Both the position numbers and the translations under genes were made by a program. From Octopus bimaculoides (taxonomy: Eukaryota), in NCBI RefSeq assembly GCF_001194135.2, contig NC_068984.1:65009013-65073012 (forward strand): a stretch of DNA of 64,000 bases. Direction: 5' to 3'. Positions 27,591 through 40,095 of the stretch are shown in pieces (the stretch's first letter is position 1; every line of letters starts with the position of its first letter). The notes below the pieces were generated by a model. That model did no database searches and was not told the DNA's origin. It saw nothing but the letters and a program-made list of their open reading frames with translations.

Positions 27591-29759
27591 AGTATATATT
27601 CAATTAAGCTTACACATCTCAAATATATATACATATTTACATGTGTGTGGTAATGGTAGCAGTTGATAAGTATGCACATGTGTGTAACATTTCTTTACAC
27701 ACTCTAAATTCTCTCCAAATAAGGAAAGAGGGCATGAAGGAAAAAGATGGATTCAGGACAAAGATTATTCAAAAAATCAAGAGGAAATGGAGATGAAGAA
27801 AGTCTTAGATATAAAGTATATATATGACATATTTTTAGTATTAACTGATATAGTAAATAATTTCAAGAGTGCCATAATTATGAAATATGAAGAAGAGGGC
27901 TATTTTGATTAAGTTAGTCTCTATTGCACTAAGGTCTTAATAGTTAATTTAACACAAACGATAAAACTTTCCCTGATTCTTATTTAAGAGGAATAGTCTT
28001 CTTTTAGTAATTTGTGCCAATACAAATGGAAACTTAGTAAAGTGTACTTCAGTTAATGAGTTATCAAAATGACTACAGATTAGTATTCTCATCAATAGTC
28101 TTTTCTTATCTGTAGCACATCTGATTTCAATCACTGCCTGGAAGCCTGCAGCCAACTGAGATTCAATCTTCAGTTTTATTGCTAACATTTATTTATAGCC
28201 AGAATTTATTTACATGCACACCATTGTTCCATTCTAATGGGTCTCTAAAAAAGGAGAAAATATGCTTATTTCTTTAATAGCACTATCTGACAGTGTTGAG
28301 AATAATTATTGTAGACAATGTACATGGTAACAAGTGAAATAGTAATTTCTCAATCGCTGTTCTCAATGTATAATCAATGAGGTTTGCCAAGGTTTATATT
28401 TCAATAGCCAAGGAAATAGACTACTGAAACAAGAAATATGAGTTCAAACTTTGCTGGAGGTATTGAACTTTAATACAGATATCACTCTGTTTCAGTTATT
28501 ATTGATGGATATATGTATGTGTGTGTGTGCATGTATATATAAAGTCTGAGTACTATAATAACAACCTTTTACTGTTTGTTCTAAATTATAACACACATAC
28601 ACATATATGTATATATATGCATGTATATATGTATATACACATACACACATATTGAAGGAAATGATGGAAATGAACAAATGGAAAAGTACTCAATACCAAG
28701 AGTAGAGTTTCAATTATTAATTATATAAGTCCAATCAAAATATGCTGCTTCTTAAGATTAACATTTAAAACAAATATACAGAATTCATTCATTTTTGCAA
28801 GATTTTTCTGCGAGCAGCAAACCTTAGTTATCAGCAAATTCTGATTGACCTAACTCTCACATACACACACACTTACATACATCTATAATATATATAATGT
28901 ATGTATGTATTTGTTTTCTTTTTTTGTTTGCTTTTCTATGAAAGTATGGCTTACATGAATATATTTTTAAGGCATTGTTTTACTACCAGATGCCCTTCTT
29001 GTCACTAAGCTTTATGTGTTTGTCAAATAAGGAATTTCTTATTCTACACATCTTAGAAGGGGTAAAGCCAGCAGATAATTTGTTAACAGAGGAAATGACA
29101 TGTTACTGCTTGTGTCACAGTAATTTTCAGACAGCTTAATTGTAAATACACAGCCATGAACACTTATGTATGTGTATGTATACATACTTAGATAAGTTTC
29201 AGCCAGAATTGGCCCAGGCCATGATTGTCTAAACAGTACCATCTGGAAAAGATATGAAATGATGTTTCATATTACACTCATTCTTTTGGGACTATAACCC
29301 ATTTGTGTAAAGAGGTATTGTTTACAGAGATATATCCAGATGTAGGTAGTTTATCTGGAATTGGCTGGAGATATTCTTTCTGAAACCATTTTAAGGGTAT
29401 TAAATTTTTTCTACCATTATGTCTTGGTATGATGTAAAAGAGAGCAGAGCAAATTGAGGTGAAACAGTTCTGTTTTAGTGTTGTGATGCAAGCATGATTT
29501 TAGTAGAGGATGTATGGCATAGGACCAAATTTTGGGTGAATTCTAACGTTGATATACAAATGATATAGTGCTAATAGTGGCATTAGAGCAAATAAAGTTT
29601 GAGCATCTTGAGCCAATCCCAATAACCAAGACTTGTCATCCAATCCTTTCCTTTTTGTGTGTGTATGATTGATATCTGACATGCTTCTATTTTCATATTT
29701 TGTTTTGTGTAGAGGGACCACAACAGACAACAGTTTTCAAGGTGAGGACAGGTGTGTGT

Positions 29760-30011
29760 ATCATCATCATCATCGTTTAAAGTTTGCTTTCCATGCTGGT
29801 ATGGGTTGGATGGTTTGACTGAGGGCTGGCAAGCCAGGAGGCTGCACCAGGACCCAACCTGTTCTGGTAAGGTTTCTACAGCTGGATGTCCTTCTTAACG
29901 CCAAACACTCCAAGACTGTATTGGGTGCTTTTTTATGTACCATGGGTACCAGGGCCAGTCAGGTGGCAATGGCATCAACCATGCTCGAATGGTGCTTTTT
30001 ACATGCCACTG

Positions 30012-30015
<4 letters not shown>
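29760..30015 (-). mobile_element. Non-LTR retroelement 3' end with (GAT)n tail (RTE-like by tail; no coding motif)
   Basis: Starts with (ATC)n, then gtttaa..ttccatgctgg..gtttgactg..cagctggatg..ggtgctttt; closely similar to 38242-38500. Confidence 0.75.
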
Positions 30016-30060
<45 letters not shown>

Positions 30061-30061
30061 C

Positions 30062-30125
<64 letters not shown>

Positions 30126-31439
30126 CTTTTCCAACTTTTCCAACTTTTCCAGTAGCTGATTTGTTAGTAATTAATTCAAGAATTGATTACTGAAACATTA
30201 AACCAATGCAAGAAAATAAAAATAGAATGGTTAAAAGATATACAGTAGCAACTATTGGCAGATAATTCAGATGCTTATTAACTGTGAAGCCCGTAATTCG
30301 TCATAGTCTTCACAATTTCCCATATCAATGATCAATGAGAAAATAAGTTTCATATTATATAACTCTGCCTTACAATACGATTTTAGGAATATAATGTTTC
30401 TGTAACACAGAGTATTATTTTTACCAGCAAATTGATGCATCATTTGAAAACCATTGTATCAGGAAAAAAATAAATCATTCTTTTAAATTCCATTGTTGAA
30501 TTTTGGTTACGTTAGTTTGCATAATTTTCTATTCAAACTGTTTTAATGTAGACGTTTTATGGCTGGTTATCCTTTCTAACACTTAAAATCCTTCATGAAA
30601 TAGAACTTCAACCCACTTTCCAGTTAGATATACTCACAAAAGTAATGTGCTTTCAATGGGTTTTATATGAAGTACTAATCCACTCTTGCATCTTATAAAA
30701 TAATATTTTGAGAAGATGAATATATTTTTAAAAGGTTTTTTATATGAAATCCTAATGCACTCCTATATATTACAAAATACTGTTTTGAGAATGATAAATA
30801 ACATCCCTCGAGGGGTATCTCATATACAGTAAATGTTGCTGCTGCAGGTCAGCCTAGGTCAGCACAGATTCAGCAGACCTTGTTATCAAAGCATTCAAGC
30901 TAAGAACATCATGTTCTTTTAGGAATATCTTAAACTACATTATGCAATATAAACTTCCTTATGCAGTGAACATAAATATGTATTTTGAAGATAAATATGA
31001 AATAAAAAGCCAAAGGGATCATATATGTAATAAAAAAAAATAATTGTTGAAAGAATTCTCAACAGGATTTCTATATTATTTTGCAATAGAAAGAAATGGA
31101 AAACTATAACGCTGTAATAATAGTTGCTATTGAGAGCAATTTTATTATACATTTATTACTTATAGTTCAGTGAATTTAATAAGCATTTATAAACTTAAAC
31201 AATTCTGTAACTACACTATGCTTAATCGCAAATTCTATTTCAAGTTATCTTGTTTTACCTCCACAGCTAGATAAAACCTCAGCATGCTGTTACCAGTGTA
31301 TTTATGCTGGTAGTGAGCCTACCTGTTTATATTGATCAATTGTTTGTTGGAAGGGGTGCTTGTGTGGTTAAGTGATTAACCTTGGCTATCAGCACCTAAA
31401 CAGGATTTGACCGCAGAATACAAAGACCCAAAACAGACA

Positions 31440-31625
31440 GCACTATTTTGTACAATGGCCTAAAAATTCTGTCTAACCTCAAACTTTGGCTAGTATTTCA
31501 TTTTCTTCCCACCAAAAGAATGAAAGACAAAGTTAACATCAACAGGATTTGAATTCAGAGAGCAGAAATCCCAAACAAATATTTCAAGGAATTTTACCTG
31601 GTGCTCTGATAACTCTGCCAACTGA
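31440..31625 (-). mobile_element. Family D SINE, decayed, minus orientation
   Basis: gaatgaaagacaaagttaac..ggatttgaattcagag..ctctgcca is the reverse complement of the family D body and head. Confidence 0.6.
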
Positions 31626-31970
31626 TCAACTTATAAATCACATATACTATGTTACATTTAGTGGACAACATCTGAATTTTCACAAAAGCTTTCACTGCCA
31701 CCCCTCTTTGATTATTTTATTTTGAAGGAAGATATTCATTGTTCCCCCCAACACACATTCTGCTTTATTCTGTTCTGAAGGCAGGAAGATATTTATCAAA
31801 TAAATTCCTATGATACATGTTAGACCAATAAGTATCTATTTGTCAGGCAAAAATGATCATACACAAAAAAAAAAGTAATTTCAATTGTATAGCAGTCAAA
31901 GGATGCTTTAACAATGTCATGTGATGCTATAAGCAATAGTTGTATTTCAAATTGTTACCATGAAACTTAC

Positions 31971-31998
31971 TATCTTCAAAGACCTTGGTGAAGTTCAG
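31971..31998 (-). other. Candidate 28-nt microexon (would add a stop after the CUB exon)
   Basis: Minus strand tatag|CTGAACTTCACCAAGGTCTTTGAAGATA|gtaagt, preceded by ~174 nt with no AG. No transcript evidence. Confidence 0.3.
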
Positions 31999-32039
31999 CT
32001 ATATCAAGTTTGAGACATCGGTTAAAACAGTAAAGATAT

Positions 32040-32160
32040 AATAAACACAAGTAACACAATATAACAAACACAAGTACAAACAATACAACAAACACAAGTA
32101 CAATGCCATAACAAATACAAGTACACAACACCATAACAAGAACAACAAGATATAACACCA
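32040..32160. repeat. Degenerate minisatellite, 4-5 copies of a ~23-25 nt unit (caaacacaagtac..aa); UG-rich on the minus strand
   Basis: aaacacaagta/aaatacaagta recurs at roughly 24-nt spacing. Confidence 0.8.
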
Positions 32161-33035
32161 ATAATCAGTTTTATCTCTTTTCCTTCATTATTTATTGTTC
32201 AAACACAAACACAGAAGAGAAGTTACTTTCTTCATTAAAATTTCTATATGTTAATCTATACATTGACATTTCATTTTTTTTCTTTTTCATTAATAGCATT
32301 TTTCAAATGATGATTCTTTATTCAATGATTAGGTTATCAAGGAAAAAAGAATCTTTGTCCAAAATGTAAAAAAAAATGTAAACAATTGAAAAAATATCGA
32401 TGACTTTGTTGTTGAAAACGATCAATGATTTTCTTTTTTTTGTTTTTTTTTGTTCATTCATGATTAAATTTTTCTTTTTATAATATTTAATTTCTTTGAA
32501 TTTCCTTTATCAAAAAAAGTTTAAAATATTAACATAAAAGAAAAGAATATTTCATCTAAAACTGACCACTCAGTTGTAATATGTGAAAATTAAATTCATT
32601 CTAACATTGTTAAAGCTCAAGGAAAATGATGTTGAAACATGAAAAAAAAAAAAAAAAAGAGCTAAACCTACTTTTTTTAAAAGTTAAAACTCAATATGTG
32701 TGAGTCTGTGTGCGTGTGCATAAGTAATTGCTTTTGTAACTGTGAGATCAGGCAAGTTTCATCTAAGGCAAGAATTTTTAATATCAGATATATTATTATT
32801 GTTACATTTTGCTCTATTTTATCTATCCTTTTTATATATTCATTCAAAATATCACGATGCATCTTTCCTTTAGATATTTAGTCCTGATGCAATGGTAACA
32901 TTCAATATTTTCTTATTAACATTACATATGCATATATACAGAATATTGGTTATGCACGTTAATAACAAAATGAAGTATCTGTACCCACACGTACATATAT
33001 ATATATATATATATATACACACATTTGTATGTGTG

Positions 33036-33068
<33 letters not shown>

Positions 33069-33080
33069 ATATATATACAT

Positions 33081-33114
<34 letters not shown>

Positions 33115-33115
33115 A

Positions 33116-33125
33116 NNNNNNNNNN
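33116..33125. other. Assembly gap (10 N) in (TA)n
   Basis: N run. Confidence 1.
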
Positions 33126-33161
<36 letters not shown>

Positions 33162-33408
33162 CTATCTCTAATACAATAAAATACTGTGAATCAAGATATA
33201 CTGAGTAGAAGTTCTGAGGGAAACTGAAGCCTTAGCACAACACTTTGTAATGACAAGCTTTTAAATGTGCTTCTATCAGCTTTATTTGATACCAACTATG
33301 AAAGAATTGAGTGGGTCAATGTTGTAGATAAAATACGAAAAAGAGAGAAATATTGCAAAATATAAAGGAATTTCTAAAATGTCAAAATATCAAAAGAAAA
33401 GCGCTTAC

Positions 33409-33622
33409 CTTTTATCAACATGGTGAAGCTGAATGTTTTCAAATTCTACCTTAACTTTCTCTCCTGGTAATCCTTCAAAAATAAACTGACAACTGGCTCC
33501 TGGTGGATAATTCTGGGGGTATCTAGGAGAGAATAACCCCCCAGTTTTCGTAGAATTTGTACTGATATAAGAGTATGTACAAGGAGTGCCTGGATCCCGG
33601 ACACCATTCGTTACAAATTTGC
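33409..33622 (-). CDS. Internal coding exon of a CUB-domain extracellular/membrane protein, most like SOL-1 (suppressor of lurcher)-like multi-CUB proteins
   Basis: Acceptor tttgttcactttcag|GC and donor AAAAG|gtaagc; 214 nt, phase 1 in, phase 2 out. Open frame xKFVTNGVRDPGTPCTYSYISTNSTKTGGLFSPRYPQNYPPGASCQFIFEGLPGEKVKVEFENIQLHHVDK(S/R) has CUB hallmarks: C..G.L.SP.YP.NYP...C.F.F...G..V...F. NST sequon present. The SOL-1 subfamily call is from recalled similarity, not a search. Confidence 0.92.
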
Positions 33623-34246
33623 CTGAAAGTGAACAAATTTAATTATATAAACTTAATGTAAATTACACTTGATATTACAGTCAAACATCTATTATTATCA
33701 TTTATATAAAGTGAGATTAATACAAATGGGCCTTATGTCAAATACTGTACTGATTTTTCTCCTGGCTTTATCTGTGAAACCAGATACAAATCATAATTAT
33801 CTCATTAAGGCACAGATAGTTTCTCTTACCCAGCAATTTGACCTTGTCAGCTTCATATATGAGGACATTTGAAAATTAAAGCATTTTAAAGGGTTATGCA
33901 ATGAAAAGAACTGTTACATTCATCTCAGTTGAAATTTCATGTAAACAATTAGCTATAATGAAAGTAAATAAAAGACTATAAAATATATTTATAGGTTTCA
34001 GCCAACACAGTATGTATGTAGACAGATAGAGATACACTTTGTCTTTAAAATATCATCATGAACAGTTTCAAGTAAATTACAGTGACTGATTTGCATGAAT
34101 TCCTTGGCAGTTACTTTGGTTAATAACTTACAAGTGCACTCACTGTGTTTTATATCACTGCATTACTGCACTAGCCAACATTGTATATATAGATAGAAAT
34201 GTGAGCACAACTTGTCTCTCTTTATGTGTGCATTTGCATGCACATA

Positions 34247-34293
<47 letters not shown>

Positions 34294-34985
34294 GTATATA
34301 TTTATACAATAGTGAGTTAAGAAAGAGTTAAAGTTATAGTCAGCTGCTGTTAAAATTCCAATTCAGGACTGAAACTATCCTGAACACAAGTTATGTCTAC
34401 TTTTATCTACAGGTGCCATGTTAGTTAAAACCTATACGTGTATTCTGCAGAATAGCATAGCAGTGAAACAAAGACTGTGAATGCAGTAGTTATTTATAAT
34501 CAAACTAGCTCTCAAGATATGATGCATATCCAAATTGGTCTCTTCAATTTACAGAAACTCTCTTACTCTCTCCACTGCATATAATGCTTTAATGTGACTT
34601 TATAAGCAGTTAAAGATGGTACTTGGTCACTGATGAAATCCAATCAGAAAAAAGAAACTAATCTGCCTAATGTTCTTTTTTCTGACCATGCTGTGTTTAC
34701 AACTCCCATACACATAGTATTGGTTAAAACAATTATGTATATTTTCAAGTATGATATAATCTTACATATTTCTCAATGGAAGACTGTTTTTTTTTTTTGT
34801 TTCTTTTTGAAAGATGTAAAATGCTTTGACCTTCATAAGTGGAAAAAGAAACACTGCAGTAAAATCTTCAGTTCAAACATTATTAGAACAAAATATCTTG
34901 TAATTCATTAACAAATGACATTATAAAGAATGTGTGTGTGTGCATGTGCACACACACACACACACACACACTCACTCACAGATGT

Positions 34986-35026
<41 letters not shown>

Positions 35027-35433
35027 NNNNNNNNNNNNNNNNNNNNNNNNNNNNNNNNNNNNNNNNNNNNNNNNNNNNNNNNNNNNNNNNNNNNNNNNNN
35101 NNNNNNNNNNNNNNNNNNNNNNNNNNNNNNNNNNNNNNNNNNNNNNNNNNNNNNNNNNNNNNNNNNNNNNNNNNNNNNNNNNNNNNNNNNNNNNNNNNNN
35201 NNNNNNNNNNNNNNNNNNNNNNNNNNNNNNNNNNNNNNNNNNNNNNNNNNNNNNNNNNNNNNNNNNNNNNNNNNNNNNNNNNNNNNNNNNNNNNNNNNNN
35301 NNNNNNNNNNNNNNNNNNNNNNNNNNNNNNNNNNNNNNNNNNNNNNNNNNNNNNNNNNNNNNNNNNNNNNNNNNNNNNNNNNNNNNNNNNNNNNNNNNNN
35401 NNNNNNNNNNNNNNNNNNNNNNNNNNNNNNNNN
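35027..35433. other. Assembly gap (407 N) flanked by (TA)n
   Basis: N run. Confidence 1.
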
Positions 35434-35485
35434 ATATGTCTCTCATTTATTAACAATATATATATATATATATACCTCTATATGA

Positions 35486-35562
<77 letters not shown>

Positions 35563-35898
35563 ATGATAGATACATAGATAGATAGATAAAGGATAGATAA
35601 AAAATAAACAGGCTGACAGACATATATGCGATTGATGAGTTTAAGAAGTTTGGATGTAGGCATGACTGAGTGGTTAAAATGTTTGCTTCACAACCATGAG
35701 GTTGTACCTTCGTCTAAAGTTTCAGTCAGGTCATATTCATGTCACAGCGATTCAGCCAGAGAAATATGTTAGCATTACACTTGTCGGTAGAATACTCAGT
35801 CATTTTGCATAGTAATTCAATGTTTAGGTTGTCCAGTTGAAAGAAGAACCTGGACACTCATAGGACAAAATCAACAGGAAAGTCCATTATCACACATG

Positions 35899-35937
<39 letters not shown>

Positions 35938-36017
35938 ATGTGTACACATATGTACAAATTTATTTAAAATGTCCATTTTCCCCATGACCTTTGTGTATGA
36001 GTGTGCATGTGTGTGTG

Positions 36018-36074
<57 letters not shown>

Positions 36075-36251
36075 TGCAAGAGATTGTAAATGTATACACA
36101 GATACAATCCATAGCTGTGTCACCACTCAGCATTATCTTGTCCAAGCAATAAGCAAGCTTATATGTCCGTGAAACTTTTATCATGCAGCTCTGTGCTATA
36201 CTGCTGATCCAAATCTGTGTATGTGTGTGTATAAGAGAGAGAGAGAGAGGG

Positions 36252-36289
<38 letters not shown>

Positions 36290-36800
36290 AAAAAAGAGAG
36301 TATAAAAATAAGAAAAAAAGAGAATATAAAAATAAGAGTAACTATCATAACTTTATACTAATAAAAATATCTTGTAATGCAATCTACATGACGAAATGTA
36401 GAAAAGGCTAGATAAAATTCCTCAAATTATATGAAGCTTGCTCCGAAAACATTTTTTATCTATTGTCATGCATTTACACTTTGCTCTTTTGTTTCATAGA
36501 ATTTCAAAAGAAAGTATCTTCAATAAAGTATATATCTAAGGAGTTTATGACACTTCCTGCTATCTAGAATAAAGTGTGTAATTTCTAAATTAAGATAGCT
36601 GAGGATGAGTAAAGACTTACAAAATGTTTACATTACACATAAAAATTGTTTTAGGAGATATAACAGATAAGAATACATGACAGACAAAAATGAGGAGAAA
36701 GCACAGGATAAAGTGAAGGTTTCAAATTATCTTGAAGCTTGTGAGACTGTGTTTGATTATTTGATTAGCTGAATATATGTACATGTCAGTGTGTGTTTAC

Positions 36801-36812
<12 letters not shown>

Positions 36813-36888
<76 letters not shown>
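36813..36888. repeat. Pure (AT)n microsatellite, about 38 units
   Basis: Directly visible. Confidence 0.97.
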
Positions 36889-36890
<2 letters not shown>

Positions 36891-36914
36891 TGCGCATATG
36901 TATATACACTTTTG

Positions 36915-37075
36915 TAGGTGCGGGCATGGTTGTGTGGTTAGGAAGCTTGCTTCCCACCTACATGGTTTCGGGTTCAGTCCCACTGCGTGGCACATTGGGC
37001 AAGTGTCTTCTGCTATAGCCCTGAGCCGACCGAAGCTTTGTGATTGAATTTGGTAGGCAGAAGTTACTGCCGTGT
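36915..37075 (+). mobile_element. Family A SINE 5' half, well preserved
   Basis: A-box-like tggttgtgtgg, B-box-like gggttcagtccc, CORE-like tggcacattgggcaagtgtcttct. Confidence 0.85.
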
Positions 37076-37439
37076 GTGTATATGTCTGTGTATGTGCTTG
37101 TGCCTCTCTCCCACAAAGTGAGAGAGGGAATATATATTATATACACATATGTATAAATAAATATGTATGTAATATATATATTTATGTAGGTACACATATG
37201 TATATATGTTACATGCAATTCCAGCAACACTTCTCAACAATTGTCTTGAAGATACATTTTCTAAAAGTCCTTTTTATTACTGCTAGTCATCAACATCACC
37301 ATTGAGTTGAATACGTGACATAGGACAGAAATTTTAATTCAACATCAACTGAGTTGTGCTATTAGACTACCAGGTTAGAAGAAATATATATGTTTGTGTG
37401 TGAGTGTGTGTTTTAAAGGAAAGACAGAAGATGAAATAT

Positions 37440-38144
37440 ACGAGAATTTATTATTAATCATGACAATCTAGCATTGATCCCTCATAGGTGGGACACTCAA
37501 CAACTGGTTGGGGCAGATGTGTCTCAACAAGTAATAAATAGACAGAACTCATTAAAATAACAGTTCCACAATATATCTTCTCATTTCATAGAAAGGAAAG
37601 CAACAAAATGAAGGAAATGTTTTCATTTGCATAAAAGATCAAAAATAAAATCACGGATGCAAAAAAGAAACTAACACGCAATACAACAAGAAAAGTATTA
37701 AAAATAACCGTTAACAAAATATAGATGAATAAATGTCCTCACGCAAGCCACATGGCACATGTACACTTGCTCATTCAAGCATCTGCAAAAATGTAAGTAT
37801 ACTCACACATGCGGCTTGTTGCACTCACAATCACAAAGTGAGTTAAATATCTACTTGGTGTTTATAAGAATGGGGAGGTTAAGAGTAAACTTAATTCATT
37901 CATATCTTAAAGTAAACGATGTTAACAGTTACTCAAATTCATTCCCACTGCATTGTGCAAAAGTACATTTATATGCATGTAGGCATTTTGAGAGTCTTTC
38001 AGAAATTCTATTAATGATCTCATTAATCCACAAAATAGACAAGGATTCCTCAGAGCAGAGAACGCATCTGGAAATCATATTGTATGGTTTTGCATGCCTT
38101 GCTATGGACCTGGTTATGCTGTAATTAATTTTATCCTCCTTCAA
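37440..38144 (-). mobile_element. Penelope-like element 3' remnant: GIY-YIG endonuclease C-terminus plus downstream pseudo-LTR
   Basis: ORF 37929..38144 YSITRSIARHAKPYNMISRCVLCSEESLSILWINEIINRISERLSKCLHAYK matches the PLE C-terminal pattern AKPY....RC.LC..E..I.....LN.RSE..SKC.H. A decayed hammerhead-like motif lies downstream. Confidence 0.8.
37456..37509 (-). ncRNA. Decayed type I hammerhead-like motif in the Penelope pLTR
   Basis: Minus strand aaccag-TTGTTGAG-t-gtccc-acctatga-gggat-CAATG-ctag-attGTC-atgatt. Stem II, palindromic ctag and the GUC site remain; the cores CTGATGA and GAAA are mutated. Confidence 0.4.
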
Positions 38145-38183
38145 TCACCATACAAAATCAGCCAAAGATGTTGAATTTCTCTT

Positions 38184-38222
<39 letters not shown>

Positions 38223-38241
38223 TAAGGTTCACTTATATATA

Positions 38242-38630
38242 TATCATTATCATCATTTAACGTCCATTTTCCATGCTGGCATGTGTTAGACGGTTTGACT
38301 GGGGTCTGGGAAGCCAGGAGGCTGCACCGGGCCCCAATCTGATCCGGCAGTGTTTCTACAGCTGGATGCCCTTCCTAACACCAATCGCTCTGAGACTGTG
38401 GTGGGTGCTTTTTATGTGCCACCAGCACAGGGGCCAGAGGAGTTGGCATTGACCAAGATCAAATGGTGCTTTTTAACGCCACTGGCACGAGGGTCAGAAC
38501 TACAATTTCAATTTGATTGTAATTTGATTTGATTTGATTTTGATATTGATGTTGATGTACTTGACTCAATAGGTCTCCTCAAGCACGGCATGTACGATCC
38601 AAGGTACTTTTGAGTGGGCTGGTTATGCGA
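38242..38630 (-). mobile_element. (GAT)n-tailed non-LTR retroelement 3' end (same family as 29760-30015)
   Basis: atcattatcatcatttaacgtccattttccatgctggc... is colinear with the 29760 copy and extends further 5'. Confidence 0.75.
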
Positions 38631-38636
38631 TATAGT

Positions 38637-39062
38637 AAGAATATAAACTGCTTCAGCCACTGCTGACACTTTTCAAGGCTCCAGTGAGACCCACAGTGAA
38701 GTAATGTGCCTACATCTGGAACAGGGCTGCTACTATGCACACTGGTGTTGTGGACAACATCCAAAGAAGAGTCATTCAACTGATTGGCATTCCATCATAG
38801 ACAGACACACTCTAGTCTCTGGCCAACAAGCATGCTCTCTCTTTTATATTGTTATTGTAATAACCTCTATTCTATGCGGCTGGCTGGTTACATATCTCTA
38901 TCAACCAGGTACCCCTGGTGTACATCTAACTCCAATTTTCTTCACCTTTGTTGCACCTACCACCCCTCTCCTCACACTAATCACTATGCCTATTTTTTTA
39001 TTTCCAACACATTGGCCCCCTGGAATTCCCTCCCCACTCATATCTCCCCAGCAACAGTCTAA
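38637..39062 (+). mobile_element. CR1/L2-type LINE 3' coding remnant
   Basis: TLFKAPVRPTVK*CAYIWN, VDNIQRRVIQLIG and WNSLPTHISP correspond to the LYK..VRP.LEY....W, IQRRA.R.I and WNSLP motifs of CR1-group RT C-termini. Confidence 0.8.
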
Positions 39063-39290
39063 GTCTTCAGCATTCAGATTACTCTGTCAAAGGTAATGCT
39101 TATTTAATCACATTGCTTTGAATTAATCATGCATTATATTGTAGCTTGAAGAATTTGATGATGTAATAGTTTATTTTTAGAATGGCATTGTAGAGTACGT
39201 GAGCAAGGCCAGATCTAGCTGGTTTGAACATAAAATAGACAGAATATTTGAGCTGGATATGACTGGTTTAAATACTAAAAGGTTATATGT
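39062..39290. mobile_element. Putative piggyBac-like MITE, decayed ends
   Basis: Left cttcagcattcag and right ttaaatactaaaaggtta resemble degenerate TTAACCCTTTAGCATT...AATGCTAAAGGGTTAA ends. Related fragments near 2750 and 10300. Confidence 0.4.
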
Positions 39291-40055
39291 GACATTAACA
39301 GCATACATTTCACTAATCTTGGAGGGCCTGCAAGAGTCATGAGTTCTACCTCTTTCTCCAAAATAAGAAATAAAATGAAAAAAAAAAAATACAGCTAAGT
39401 TTATGCAGTAAAGTGTTCATTACCACTATCCAACAGTGTACCACTCAGCAAAAAATATACAGTAATATTGTGTGAATGATAAATTCCAACAACTGTATAA
39501 ATTCATATTAAAAAAGTAATAATTTCCTTTTAGTATAAAATCACGAAATTTACTTAATTTAACATGTATGACTAAAATTTTTGTCTGTCGATAGACCACA
39601 ATTGTTCTCTTTAAAATAAATGAGTTCCTAAACGAAAGACTGAACAATAAAGACAGCCTCATTAAGGTTCCAAATAGAGTTTATCTCTCTTAAATTCAAA
39701 TTAAGTGGGGAAAAATGCAGTATAAAACCAAGGAAACAGACCATGTGTTACAAGAGAATAACAAGAGGGCCTGATGTAATTAGGATTCCTGGTAGATTTC
39801 CAAATAACTTATCAACAAAATGGAAACTCAAACAGACTGAAAGCAGAAAGAAATAGAAAAAGTTAATATTGCCTTAAATTTGGTCAACATCCAATATCAA
39901 AACAGTCTATTTTGATGCAGTCTTTTTCTATGGTATATATACATAAGAGAAAAACCTTATTAAAGGAAACAATTAGATACAAATTGTTATAAATGCTATA
40001 GCAAGCAAACTCTTACCAAATTTTATATATTTCTATATTTCCAATATTTTAAAAC

Positions 40056-40088
<33 letters not shown>

Positions 40089-40095
40089 CATTATT

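Noticed and set aside
32040-32160. Regularly spaced repeats considered as a CRISPR-like array
   Set aside because: Eukaryotic context; degenerate adjacent units without unique spacers; no cas genes anywhere in the window.
31976-32161. Hydrophobic minus-strand ORF resembling a transmembrane anchor exon
   Set aside because: It is the translation of a UG-rich minisatellite, and there is no AG acceptor between the upstream in-frame stop and the hydrophobic stretch.
33495-33627. GC-rich hairpin (ctgggggtat...ataaccccccag) first read as a MITE
   Set aside because: It is the reverse complement of the CUB coding exon, which explains the sequence fully.
36915-36985. tRNA-like A/B boxes (also at 21076, 41957 and 12660)
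   Set aside because: They continue into SINE bodies and do not form a cloverleaf; not tRNA genes.
37759-38124. 121-aa plus-strand ORF
   Set aside because: Antisense shadow of the Penelope endonuclease remnant; no motif of its own.
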